From NCBI RefSeq assembly GCF_006345805.1, contig NC_043005.1, positions 77,252,001-77,316,000 of the forward strand: DNA of 64,000 nucleotides, read 5' to 3'. Position numbers and translations under genes: made by a program. Source of the DNA: Octopus sinensis. Taxonomy: Eukaryota. The notes under the pieces were generated by a model. That model had not been told where the DNA came from. It saw only the letters and a list, made by a program, of their open reading frames with translations, and did no database searches. This document shows positions 23,775 to 36,852 of this stretch, in pieces. The first letter of the stretch is position 1. Each line of letters begins with the position of its first letter.

Positions 23775-24338
23775 TAATATGTGTAAATATGTTTTCCTTC
23801 TTCTCTAGTTTCAGTCAGTGGTTGTGGCCATGTTAGGGTACGTACGCTTTTAGGGTGATGTTATTTTTGTTCTTGTTATTTTGTTGTTTTCCTTACCTTA
23901 CACTCCTCAGTCTTCTCTCTGAAATATTTTCGCTGAAGTAGCGAGATGCTCAGAGCTGCTCTTCTTTATACTTCCTGCTGCGATGTGGATTCACCTGCTA
24001 CAGTCCGATAAAGGCTGTTAGGCTGAAACCCCGAAGTCAATATCACTACTCCTTTTATAAAAGCACAATAAACTACAAAAATGTATAGAGTTATTCATCA
24101 GTTTAACACAGTTTAATGTAAAATTGTTTTTATTACGAATCGACATACTCGAAATCAAAACATATAGCTTGATATGAAAGCAAACTTGCGTGCCTGTCAC
24201 TGCACACAAAACGAATGTTATGACATCGATGGCATTACAATATTCTCATAAATATATACTTTATTTACTGTATTCACGATACGTTATTTCACAGCGTTTA
24301 AGGAAATAAAAAATATGCTTAATTATATAGCTGTATGT

Positions 24339-24590
24339 GGAGGCACATGGCCTAGTGATTAAAGCAGCCGACTCGCGGTCGAGGGATCACGGGTTCGACT
24401 CTCAGACCGGGCGATGTGTGTATTTATGAGCGAAACATCGAAGCTCCACGCTTCTGCTGACTCTTTCGCCATAACTTTCTTTCACTCTTTCCTCCTGCAT
24501 CTTGCAGCTCATCTGCGACGGACCGGCGTCCCGTCCAGGTGGGGAACCTATACGTCAAGGAAACCGGGAAACCGGCCCTATGAGCCTGGC
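24339..24590 (+). mobile_element. SINE family C head with alternative tail (GAAACCGGGAAACCGG..ATGAGCCTGGC)
   Basis: Same tail type as 57974-58246. Confidence 0.7.
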
Positions 24591-24629
24591 GTTGCTGAGG
24601 AGGAACAAACAACAACATATAGCTGTATA

Positions 24630-24661
<32 letters not shown>

Positions 24662-24702
24662 GTGTTTACATTATATATATATATATATATATATTCATAT
24701 AT

Positions 24703-24743
<41 letters not shown>

Positions 24744-24889
24744 GTGAAATAGAAAGATGAATAATCTTGTAGTGGATTAATCAAAAGTTTAACCGATACC
24801 TTAGTAGCAAAAATCACAGCAGTGAACAGCACGGTTGGAGGTACAACCATCTGGCGTTGCAACCGTGCGTTGGTGCGGATAATTGAAAT

Positions 24890-25105
24890 TAAAACATTAT
24901 TGGTGAATTGAAGAAATGGAGCTGAACGCAGATTGAACAGAAATCGTTTTATTTCATTCTACACGTGTTTCGAAAGGCACAAATTACCAAAATCCGATTT
25001 TTTCAATCGGATTTTGGTAATTTGTGCCTTTCGAAACACGTGTAGAATGAAATAAAACGATTTCTGTTCAATCTGCGTTCAGCTCCATTTCTTCAATTCA
25101 CCAAT

Positions 25106-25114
<9 letters not shown>
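24890..25114. repeat. Perfect palindrome, 110 bp arms, 5 nt loop
   Basis: 24890-24999 is the exact reverse complement of 25005-25114; loop TTTTC. Confidence 0.97.
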
Positions 25115-25158
<44 letters not shown>

Positions 25159-25251
25159 TCATATCAGGGTAGCAAAAAATTCAAGAGAAATTTTTTCGGC
25201 ACCAGCGGTCTAGTGAGAAGAAACAATAGTCAACAGACTATATAATGTACA

Positions 25252-25801
25252 TTCAACAATAATTTTAAGGAATGGCCTTAATAGGCCATTCAACTCACTA
25301 AAATGAGCAGCCAAACTCAACCCGCTAAATAGTAGTAATTCAGAAATAAAAGGGAAGTTAAAAACATTTACCCTTATCATCTTTGGACTATGCATAGTTT
25401 CGACGTACTTTCAGCAAACCAGCTCAATTAAATTAAATTAAAGAAGCCAGGGGGAGTATATATTCCACGAGGCAACAGCATCGATGCCTCGGGAATATAT
25501 ACTCTAAACTTTCAAAATCTACCGTCATCGCGCCAACTTATCAACAGCAAATATAAACTGCTGATTTAATTTCAGAATTAGCCAAAAAATCATTAAATGA
25601 TTTAATTAAATTTAATTTAATTTAATTTAGCTGGTTTGCTGAAAGTACGTCGAAACTATGCATAGTCCAAAGATGATAAAGGTAAATGTTTTTAACTTTC
25701 CTTTGATTTCTGAATTACTACAATTTAGCGGTTTGAGTTTGGCTGCTCGTTTTAGTGAGTTGAATGGACTATTAAGGCCATCCCTTAATATTATTGTTGA
25801 A
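25252..25801. repeat. Inverted repeat, ~190 bp arms, ~170 bp spacer with an internal hairpin
   Basis: 25252-25442 versus 25611-25801, scattered mismatches; spacer hairpin GAGTATATATTCC..GGAATATATACTC at 25454-25504. Confidence 0.93.
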
Positions 25802-25805
25802 GATA

Positions 25806-25879
<74 letters not shown>

Positions 25880-25989
25880 ATATATATATATATATATATA
25901 TATTAGACAGAATGAGATAACAAAGCCAAGGCTGTGAGGAGCTTTTAGGCATTCCACAAATTAAAACACAACTGTACATTACTAAACAA

Positions 25990-26481
25990 GTATAATGAGG
26001 TCTTAATTACATGCAACCAACGCTTTTCCTTTAGTTTCTCAGCAGTGGCGATATGATTTTGTTCCACCAGGGTTTGCAGGACGTCCTCGTCGAGCTCTAC
26101 AGGTCTTGCAGGATGAGGCTCGTCTTCTAGGTTGTAGTTTCCGGTTCAGAATTTCTGGAACTACTGTTGACACTGGCTTACGCTTATTATCCGATCCCTA
26201 TATACTGCATTAATATTCCTCCGACTATCCGTTGCTTTGTTGCCTTTATTGAACCAATAAAGCAAAATATGCTGAATACGCTCCTTTGTCACTTCCATTA
26301 TAGCTTGAAAAAATAACTGTTAGAATCAACTGCTCTCTTCAAAGCTTACACTAAGAATAAGGCCAGGATAAAATTACCACCTTATTTTATAGCAAGCTGA
26401 TGCAGGTAGTTTATCACGTCCCCCTCCGACATTTAGCTAATGCAATTGAATAAAAACTGCATTATTTATGGGCTGACCCAA
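25990..26481 (-). mobile_element. Mariner element 5' half (TIR and decayed transposase N-terminus)
   Basis: TA-TTGGGTCAGCCCATAAATAATGC TIR; ATG at 26298 gives MEVTKERIQHILLYWFNKG..YNLEDEPHPARPVELDEDVLQTLVEQ with stops. Confidence 0.85.
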
Positions 26482-26499
26482 TATATATACGCAGCGCTT

Positions 26500-26650
26500 C
26501 TACACAGTTTTTGCCTGCCACATTCCCTCACAAGGCATTGGCTGATCCCAGACCAGATTTGAAAAACTTGTCCAAGGTACTTCACAGTGTGACTGAACTC
26601 AAAACTGCATAGATGCCAAAAAAAGGTGAGAGCCATAGAGCCATGCCTTC
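26500..26650 (-). mobile_element. SINE family A 5' half, degenerate
   Basis: Reverse complement of the family A head and core. Confidence 0.5.
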
Positions 26651-26925
26651 CTAAATATGTTGAAAGTTTATCTCGCTAACGAGTCTCTTTCTAACGAATC
26701 GAGTTAATGCATTTAACCAACCCTTAAAACCTGTTACAACGTATGCGTATATGAGAAATTGCTTGCATTAAAATTTATAACTATACACCATACATTATCA
26801 TTCGCTTTAATGAATAAAACTTTTTGATTAAAAAAGTATGATTAAAGCTATTACATCTATAATGAATCCATAATATATGTCTATAACATAAGTCAGAATT
26901 CATTCTAACAGCCTCCATTATCAGA

Positions 26926-27285
26926 AATGGCCCAGTGATTAGGGCAGCGGACTCGCGGTCATAGGATCGCGGTTTCGATTCCCAGACCGGGCGTTGTGAG
27001 TGTTTATTGAGCGAAAGCACCTAAAGCTCCGGCAGGGGATGGTGGTGAACCCTGCTGTACTCTTTCACCACAACTTTCTCTCACTCTTACTTCCTGTTTC
27101 TGTTGTACCTGTATTTCAAAGGGCCGGCCTTGTCACTCTCTGTGTCACGCTGAATATCCTCGAGAACTACGTTAAGGGTACACGTGTCTGTGGAGTGCTC
27201 AGCCACTTACACGTTAATTTCACGAGCAGGCTGTTCCGTTGATTCGGATCAACCGGAACCCACGTCGTCGTAACCGACGGAGTGC
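26926..27285 (+). mobile_element. SINE family C, full length
   Basis: ATGGCCCAGTGATTAGGGCAGCGGACTCGCGG head; matches 17082-17460 and 35055-35396. Confidence 0.9.
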
Positions 27286-29749
27286 TTCCATCCATCCATC
27301 ATTATCAGAAACACACAGAATCGGTAGAGCTAGGAGCTTGACTGTATTATATTAGAAATTATATTTTAAACATTATACTCTGAAGTCAAGAATATTACAT
27401 TACAACGTTATAGACTTGGACTTAGTATATTACAATCAACTTTTATATTAGAGAAAGTATAAGGAACACGTACTTGAGTTTGGTTGTATGGTTAAGAATC
27501 AGGCGTTGCTGCTTCACATGATTACAGGTCAGAGATTAGCTTGTATATGTCCTGGTTTGTATAAATACTGAAGAATAAGATCTCATGAATTCAAAGGGCA
27601 CACAAAGGTGGTCATACGTGTTATATTCAATCACACAATAACATTAAAAGTGCATTATTAAAGAAAAAAAAAGAGAAACCGTAAGAGTAAAAACCCCTTT
27701 AACACAAATACAGGAGCCTGTAAATCTCCACAATACCTCAGAAGAACATTGTTGTACATAATTTTCAATGTGAATATGAAACATGTAAACTTCATCATTC
27801 AAATCATATTTCAATTAAGACAGCTTCTCGAAGGTTAGCTGCATATTTACAATGAAGAGTCATGGCAACACATTACATAAGATAAAATAGATTTTACAAA
27901 TATATACAAGGATGTGTGGGCGCGCCTGTGTGGGCGTGGTAAAACGTTCCACAAAAAGTATAAGAACAGCTGCCATGGTAGTTTTATTAATGGCGAAATA
28001 GAAACAACTGTTTAAACACACGCTGTACGCTTGTGACAATTTTCATTTCTAATCACAAGGCCAGGAATTGTGAGGGCAAAGAAGTCAATTACATTAACCG
28101 CAGCACTTCCCTGGTATTTATCGCGTAAGCGCGATTACTATGAACATTTTTACTCCCTTACCTTTACTCCCTCTCCTTACTTAGTGGTCATTCTAATAGC
28201 TCTTTTGTCTTAATAACGGTCAATCACACAGTAATTTTCCTTTGTTTTAACGGTCATTTACATAGCATTTTTTCGATGGCCCGATAACTGAAGAGATGCC
28301 GGCGTGGGTTTCCGCCCCGACATTATTCATGACTACTGAATAATTGTCATATATATATTGTATAGTATATATTTTATATATATCGGATGGCCCAAATGTA
28401 GATTCATCTCTCTCTTTCGCATTCATATATTAACAGTTTAGAGCTTAATTATAAAAAAAAGTATGAAACGATTATTCTATGCTTAGTTAATTTTGTCAAA
28501 TTCCCTTTTCAGTTTCTAAGAGAGAAATTTAAATGTAATAAAATGTTTTAAAAGAAATTTAAAGTGCCTACGTGATAACTGTAAATCTACTTTGGGGAGA
28601 GAGGGACAGAGAGTGAGAGTGAGAGAGAGAGAGAGGCAGAAGAAAGAGAATGAAAGGGAGAGACAGATAGACAAACAGGCAGACGGACTGAATGAGTGAG
28701 ACACGAAGAGAGATAAAGAAAGACAGCCGATACGTTCTTTTTCGTTCAGCCAATGTTTCCTATCACACAAATTAGTTATATTTAAATACTTCGACGAAAT
28801 GTTGAAATAGTTTTACAATAAATATCGGATGTATTTTTAGATCACTTTTAAACTCGCTGCGTATTTGACATTTGAACTCCGTCTAAAATACTAAAATATA
28901 ATTAACCATCCGCTTTAGATATTACATGTGGTAATTAAGGAAATATTTTGAAAACGGGAGTCAAGAAGCCCGCTGTAATGATTGTTAACAAGTCTACTGC
29001 ACAAATCGACCTGCATATTCGCCTCACACCTAATTAGAATACAATGACATCCTTCTCAGAAGATAAGATTATCAAAACAAAATGGAGGGGAAAATTTAAT
29101 AGAGTGTTATGTGATGAGGCGGCAGTGTCCAAAATTAGATCGTAAACCAAGGAAGGATGGTTGTAATTAAAGATGACCTTTGAACTCTATCTGTCAAAAA
29201 CTAGAGATATTTACAAATAGATTTTATTTTTCAAACATGCCATGTGGAACGGGACTAAATACCTTCGTTGCTTCGTTGCATGTGTTCTATTCCGCGCATG
29301 CGCGCGCAGAATTGCTCTCACTTGTTGCATGTGTATGTGTGCAGCTGCGTGTATACATATACATGTTATGTATGCACATATATACATATATGTATATAAA
29401 ATATAAATATACATATACATACATACACACACACACACATTTTTTTATTGACATTTAGATGCGATTTATTCCATGCTCACGTATACACACGCAAATAGTT
29501 GTATGTTTATAGATATATATAAATGTGTGCACATGAATGTATGTGTACATATAAACATGGGTATGTGTGTGTGTGTGTGGAGATTGCATGTTTATAATAT
29601 TATGTGTGTGTGTGTGTGTGTGTGTTTGCATTATATACTTATATATATATGTAGATCTATATATATATATATGTATATATATATATAATATATATATATA
29701 TAATATATATATATATATGTATATATGTATATATATATATGTATATATG

Positions 29750-29780
<31 letters not shown>

Positions 29781-30444
29781 TATATATATATTATATATAT
29801 ATATATATCCGCCTGTATGTATCTGTGCATCTGCGTACGCTTACGTCTGTGTGTATAGGTATGCTTGAGATTGTGTTTGTTATGCGTATATATGTATAGG
29901 GATCTTGTAGGACTGATTTCGTCCTCATTTAGTTTTGCCTTGTTTCTTTTGTTTATATTTTTTCGTATTTTAAATATTTTATTTATTCATTCTTTCATTT
30001 ATTTATTTATTTATTTATTCCTTCATATTTCCATCTATTTAATTATAGTCAGACTTGAACACGTCTTCCGCTTTCGAATATTCATTTATGTGACGATGGA
30101 GGCGTGAGGGTTACCGTCATTTCCTTTAAGTTATTAAATTGTTGTTTGTCACCGTCGCTATTGAGTTTCAGAAGACTTCAGATCGAACAAACCCATCATC
30201 AAAAGCATTCCAGCCGCGACGATACCTACTTTTTTCCCCTCTTTCATACGGAATGTGTCCAGAATTACATCACCTCATCATTTACTTTTTTATTTTCTAA
30301 TAGTTTCAGTCACTGGACGGCAGCCATGCTGGGGCAACGCCTTGATAATTTTAGCCGTATAAATCCAGTATGGTTATTTCTTCCGAACGGCTAAGTGATG
30401 GGCAGTAAACAAACCAACACTTGATGTCAAGCGGTGGGTACATT

Positions 30445-30475
<31 letters not shown>

Positions 30476-30579
30476 CCACCCGGAATAGGGCCTGAGTGAA
30501 TAAAGGACACTATCCGCCGGGGATATATATATATTAATTATATATATATACACACATATATATATATATGTGTGTGCAC

Positions 30580-30619
<40 letters not shown>

Positions 30620-30620
<1 letters not shown>

Positions 30621-30909
30621 GAGGCGCAATAGCCCAGTGGTTAGGGCAGCGGACTCGCGGTCGTAGGATCGCGTTTTCGATGTGTTCGTTGTGTGTGTTT
30701 ATTGAGCGAAAACACCTAAAAGCTCAACGTGGCTCCGGCAGGGGGTGGTGATCCCTGCTGTACTCTTTCACCGCTCTTTCTCCCACTCTTTCTTCTGTTG
30801 ACCTGCTCGCTTAGCCAGCGGGAAGGCGTCATTCGAAGGCTAAAGCAATACGAACGCATTGTGACCAGCGATGTGTAGCAACATCTGATGGTCTGGTCGG
30901 TCACGTGAT

Positions 30910-30916
<7 letters not shown>
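30620..30916 (+). mobile_element. SINE family C head with a third tail type ending (TCACGTGA)2
   Basis: Head matches family C; sequence diverges after ACTCTTTCACC. Confidence 0.7.
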
Positions 30917-30948
<32 letters not shown>

Positions 30949-32386
30949 ATATATATATCATATCAATTATATATATATATATGTTAATTATGTATATATT
31001 ACTGTTCTAAATTATTCTGTAAGAATGAATCCAGTGTTTTGTATGCTATTCTTTTGTGAAGAAAAATAACAACAATAAACATATTCACGTTCGAATTTGG
31101 TTAAAACCTATTGAGGTCACATACGCAAGTCAACATTTTCCTTCCCGCTGTTCATCGCGGATAAGAACATTTATTATCAGTAGACCAATATCAGCGCAAA
31201 TCAGCCAATAATTTATTCACTTAGATTACAAACAGGAGCATCGGCTCTTTTCAGATTTATTAGTCTGGCTGCTTCGGGCTGATGAATCGCATTGATATCG
31301 AAATACTGGATGTTCCAGAATCCTTTTGCTCGCAAATTCAGTATATTATAAATACATATTCATTGCAAAGAAGAAGCCGTTCTCCTGTGACGAAACACAG
31401 CAGTGATTAGCATATTCCTGTTAGAATCTGCCGCAGAGTAATAAAAAGAAATCTAGAAGCCATTGTTATTATATTATTCTTTTGCCTTATATTCAAGTCA
31501 TTTAAATAAGCCGCAAAGTGTAAATAAATGTATTTTCCAGTTTCTTAATCGGATAAATTCTTACATTAGGGATTGAAAACCAAACAGTTCTATATCCGTT
31601 TCTTTCATTAGCGACTTTCATTCCAAACAGTATTTTAATTCTTTAATTCTCTCTTTCTATCACCCCCTCTCTTTTCATCTCTCTCCTCTCCTTTTCCTTC
31701 CACTCATTTAATCTCCTCTGTCTCTCTCTTCTCGATTCTTTGTTTCTCTCTCACACAGGTAAATTGACTTGTATCTCCCACAATTTGAATAACCCGATTT
31801 CCTTCATAACACACTTTCTTCAATTTAGGTAATAATGATCTCTGTTATTGCAAGATAACTAAGCTCTATTACCTGACAATTCTTCAAAATTAAGGACGCC
31901 ATTTTAAAAGGAAAAGAGAATCGGTTGGATAATGGACTTTATACTGTCGAACAATTGATATTATAAACCACTGAAGGAGTTCGCCAACAACCACCGCGCA
32001 CATAACCCTCTCTCAATATCTCTGCTTAAATGTATGTGCGTGTAAGCGCCTATATGCATGTGTATATGAATGTGTGTGTGTGAGTGTGTGAGTGTGTGAG
32101 TGTGTGTGTGTGTGTGTGTGTGTTGGTTTCTATGTCTTCCTACGTAGGACCATTTCGTAAATAACTGGCTTCGATCGGCTTTTACGAAGACTACACATTG
32201 TGAAACGATAAGGTTTGTTATTAGAATTATATCGATATAATGAGTGCCTCTCTCTATTTCTCTCTCTCTCATTCTCTCTCTTTCTCTCCCTCTCTCCTTC
32301 TCTCTCTTACTCTATATATATATATAAATATATATATATCTATATATATATAATAAAGATATATAAAATATGTATTACAATAATAT

Positions 32387-32432
<46 letters not shown>

Positions 32433-32483
32433 ATATGTATATATATAGTATAATACAACACGCACACACACACACATATAATA

Positions 32484-32521
<38 letters not shown>

Positions 32522-32901
32522 CATACGTACATACACATGCACGCATGAATAGAACGTGTGATATGGATACACTAAGTATACGAATGAAGTTAAGAACAGT
32601 TGGAATTTTGAAGATAATCCATTTTGTAATCTTGTCCTTCCTTTACCCGAAAACTATATATAGCGGCCATATTGCTTCGCCAAGTTTCGATATTCTTACA
32701 CTGTTTATCAAGACCCATTTAGATATCCATAGAATTCTAAATGACCAATATTAACAAAAAGCCACTGATGTCGCTAGTTATAATGAGTTTATATCAAAAA
32801 TGGTATTTCTTAAATCACCTTGTCATTCTTGTCAAATATTACCATAAAGATTTCAAATAAGAGATTGGCTCTAAGATGCAGAAATATTTATACAGACACA
32901 A

Positions 32902-33040
32902 GGCGGCGAGCTGGCAGAAACGTTAGCACGCCGGGCGAAATGCTTAGCGGTATTTCGTCTGCCGCTACGTTCTGAGTTCAAATTCCGCTGAGGTCGACTT
33001 TGCCTTTCATCCTTTCGGGGTCGATAAATTAAGTAGCAAA
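32902..33040 (+). mobile_element. SINE family B, 3'-truncated
   Basis: Canonical head and central domain. Confidence 0.85.
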
Positions 33041-33074
33041 CACATAAACACACATATATGTATATACACGTGGG

Positions 33075-33290
33075 TTTTTAGATATGTTTCCCTCCGTTTT
33101 CCTTTTCTCGTCAACTTTCCTCTGTCTCCTGTTTCTAAAGAAGAGGTTTGCTCGAAACGTACAACACTCTTTCTTTCCTTCTTTGAGTGTCTTTTAATAC
33201 TTTGCACGTCCTAGCATTGCTGTTTTTCCTTGTTGTGCTTTTTTTCTTTGTTTTTTTTTGTAGGGGCGGAGTGGGGAGATTAACTATATA
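33075..33290 (+). mobile_element. Probable PLE terminal-repeat remnant with a decayed hammerhead core
   Basis: GTTT-CTAAAGA-A-GAG(GTTTG)CTC-GAAA-CGTA at 33131-33161, ends in a TA run. Confidence 0.4.
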
Positions 33291-33642
33291 TATCACTTTT
33301 GTTACATGTTCCCAGTTTGCACTGTCCTCAGATTTTCACCCAAACACTCTGAAATGTTCGTATTGGAGTTTCTGGCGTGAATGCCAAGCAGTACAGCATG
33401 TCGTTTCCAAATATCTGGCAGAGTGAATAGCGTCACGGTACTGTATTTTTCCTCACAGACGGTGCCCAGCTGGCCCTACCATACTGTGTAGTCGACAAAA
33501 CCAAACACGAACATTGTGCATGCGCAAAATTAAAAGTTTGAAATGGTGATAGTTTACCTATCGCACCCTACATATACATATATTGTGTGCGTGTACATTT
33601 TATACAAACGTATGTCTATATATATATGCATATATATATATG

Positions 33643-33674
<32 letters not shown>

Positions 33675-33721
33675 GGTGTGTGTGTGTGTGGTATATATGT
33701 ATATATATATGTATATATATG

Positions 33722-33768
<47 letters not shown>

Positions 33769-33789
33769 CGTGTGTGTGTGTGTGAGTAT

Positions 33790-34200
33790 AGGAGCAAGTG
33801 AGGCTGCATGGTAAGAAGCTTGCTCCCCAATCTCATGGTTCCGTGTTCACTCCCGCTGTGTGGTGCTTTGGTCATGTTTCTTCTACTATAGCCTTGTGAG
33901 TTGGTTGATAAACGGAATGTGAAAGAAGCTCGTCGTATATATATATATGTGTGTGTGTGTAAATATATATATATGCATGTATATCTATGTGTGCTTGTTT
34001 CTGTTCCCCACCAGCAGCATCACTTGACTACCGATGCTGTTGTGTTTATGTCCCCGTAACCTAGCGGCTCGGCAAAATTACCGATTGTGTAAGTACTATG
34101 GTTACAAAGAAGTAGTCTTGGGGTAACTTTTTCGAGTAAAGCTCCTTAAAGCGGTGCACCAGTATGACCACAATCAATTGACTGAAATAAAAAAAAAGAA
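33790..34200 (+). mobile_element. SINE family A, diverged full-length copy
   Basis: Colinear with 240-669. Confidence 0.75.
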
Positions 34201-35054
34201 TAGTACATGCATTTATGTATATCTGTGTGTGTTTGTGTATCTGTGTGTGTATGTTTCTATATGTTTGTATATGTGTGTGTATGTTTGTGTATGCGTGTGT
34301 ATGTGTTTTTGCGTCTCTGTAGCCTAGCGATTCGTTAAGACGTTTGAGTTAAAGTGCCTATCGACGACAAAACAAAACGAAGCAAGCAGGCACTCTAACA
34401 AGACGCGAACTACCTCTCTATTGCTCAGCAGTACAAATACTACCAATTACATTACCATCCATCTTCTTACAGATTACAATAGTTTTTCTCTGTATCAAAT
34501 TATGTACCATTAGTTGTATGTGTTGACATTTATACCTTTATATAATTCTCGCTTGGTCAACAAATAAGTCGTTGGACACTAATCCCCAGGGGGTGAGCTT
34601 TTAAAACTCCCTTTCATAGTGAACTATCATAATGTGTTTGTATCGAGAATTTACGCAGTGGATATGAATAAATTATAAATTACGAGTAAGATTCTAATAT
34701 AAATTATATGAAATATTATAAAGATAAATACATCCAAACATATATCTATATGTAAATGTGTATATAAATGCACATACACACACGTATGTATATCATAAAA
34801 TACTAAAAGTGGCTAGATGCAATATAAAATCAAAAATTGAAGAATTCAGTATACATATGTATATACATCTGTGAATGAAGGCCTACTTGTATAGATGTGT
34901 TATGTTAGTATATAGAATTTAGACTGCGTGGTAAGAAACATGCTTCCCAACAACATGGTTCGAGGTTCAGTGCCAATGCGTGGAACCTTAGGCAAGTGTC
35001 TTCTACTCTAGCCTTAGATCGAACACAGTCTAGTAAGTTAATATAATCTTCGTG

Positions 35055-35396
35055 GCACTCCGTCAGTTACGACGACGAGGGTTCCAGTTGATCCGTTCAA
35101 CGGAACAGCCTCCTCATGAAATTAATAAGCAAGTGGCTGAGCACCCCGCAGACACGTGAACCCTTAACATGGTTCTCGGGGTGATTCAGCGTGACACAGA
35201 GTGTGACAAGGCTGGCTCTTTGAAATACTGGTACAACAGAAACAGAAAGAAAGAGTGAGAGAAAATAGTAGGGAAAGAGTATAGCAGGGTTCACCACCAC
35301 TCCTTGCGGGATCCTCGAGGGGCTTTAAGTATTTTCGCTCAATAAACACTCACAATGCTCGGTCTGGGAATCGAAACCGCGATCCATTGCGTCTCC
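35055..35396 (-). mobile_element. SINE family C nested within a family A remnant (34925-35030 and 35400-35440)
   Basis: Family A head before and GTAGAC..GAAAGGAGCCCGTCG after. Confidence 0.8.
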
Positions 35397-35461
35397 ACCG
35401 TTGATTTAGTAGACAGAACCTGAAAGGAGCCCGTCGAATTACTATGAGTTTTTATTGAGCA

Positions 35462-35850
35462 CAAGGCGGTGAACTGGCAGAAAGGTTAACACACCGGGGA
35501 AGACGCTTAGCGGTATTTCGTCTACCGTTACGTTCTGAGTTCAAATTCCGCCGAGGTCGACTTTGCCTTTCATCCTTTCGGGGTCGATAAATTAAGTATC
35601 AGTTACGCACTGGGGTCGATATAATCGACTTGATCCGTTTGTCTGTCCTTGTTTGTCCCTTTTGTGTTTAGCTCCTTGTAGGGAGTAAAGAAATAGGTAT
35701 TTCGTCTGCCATTACGTTCTGAGTTCAAATTCCACCGAGGTAGACTTTGCCTTTCATCCTTTCAGGGTCGATAAATTAAGTACCTGTTGCGTCTTGGTGT
35801 TGGTCTAATCGACTGGCACCCTCCCCTAAAATTTCGGGCCTTGTGCCTAG
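35462..35850 (+). mobile_element. SINE family B, head plus two units
   Basis: Junction GTAAAGAAATA|GGTATTTCG near 35696. Confidence 0.85.
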
Positions 35851-36059
35851 AGTAGTAAAGAGTCTTTATTCAGCACGACGATCTTTTCGACCAATCCTGC
35901 ATCAGTCTTTTAGCGGTGGGATATTGTCCATCTAGTCGTGTTGCATCAATCGGTGCATGTTGTGTCACTTCAGATACTTGGTGTAAAACACAAGATATCC
36001 CACTAGTCATACTGATTTCTCCTTACAATGTTGTTCTCGCACGCTGTACGTTGGTACAC

Positions 36060-36069
36060 TGACAGTATA

Positions 36070-36108
<39 letters not shown>

Positions 36109-36384
36109 ACATACATATTTGCACTTCATAAATATACACTGACACATACACATACGTGTGTGCCTGTGTGTGTTTGCAGGTTCGTATATTCATATGTATG
36201 CTTAGCAGCACACACCCGTCTAATTAATTATATAGGTTATTTCTTTTTACCTCTGTGCTATTGTCTGAATTAAAATTCATATGCGTGAGCAGACAATACA
36301 ATACAAGCGTATACACATTATACATGTCCTTCATTATAAAATTTCTGCATTTATCTATGTTTGTCTAAATGGCTTGTACTTCAT

Positions 36385-36456
<72 letters not shown>

Positions 36457-36703
36457 AATCTGTCTGTCTGTCTGTCTGTCTCTCTGTCTATCTATGTGGG
36501 ACATACATACAAAAATACATGCATACATGCATAATACATACACATAATACATATATACATAATACGCATATGCATATATACATTACACATACACACATAC
36601 ATAATACATACATACTTAAATACATGCATACATGCATAATACGTACATATATAAATACATACATACATACATAATAATACATACATATCTACCTATCTAT
36701 CTG

Positions 36704-36766
<63 letters not shown>

Positions 36767-36777
36767 CTCTCTCTCTT

Positions 36778-36808
<31 letters not shown>

Positions 36809-36814
36809 CTCTAA

Positions 36815-36852
<38 letters not shown>

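Noticed and set aside
23890-24025. Minus-strand exon candidate ending at a GTAAGG donor
   Set aside because: All frames from the plausible upstream acceptors contain stops.
26926-27000. tRNA-like heads (also 30620, 24339, 16034, 18262) as tRNA genes
   Set aside because: They lack an intact acceptor stem and terminator and continue into SINE bodies.
29293-29304. CGCGCATGCGCG palindrome as an NRF1/EWG promoter site
   Set aside because: Isolated, next to purine-pyrimidine microsatellite sequence, with no CpG island or gene start nearby.
31745-31765. Pyrimidine tract followed by CAG|GTAAAT as a recursive splice site
   Set aside because: The tract is CT low-complexity sequence, no plus-strand gene is evident, and such motifs are expected by chance.
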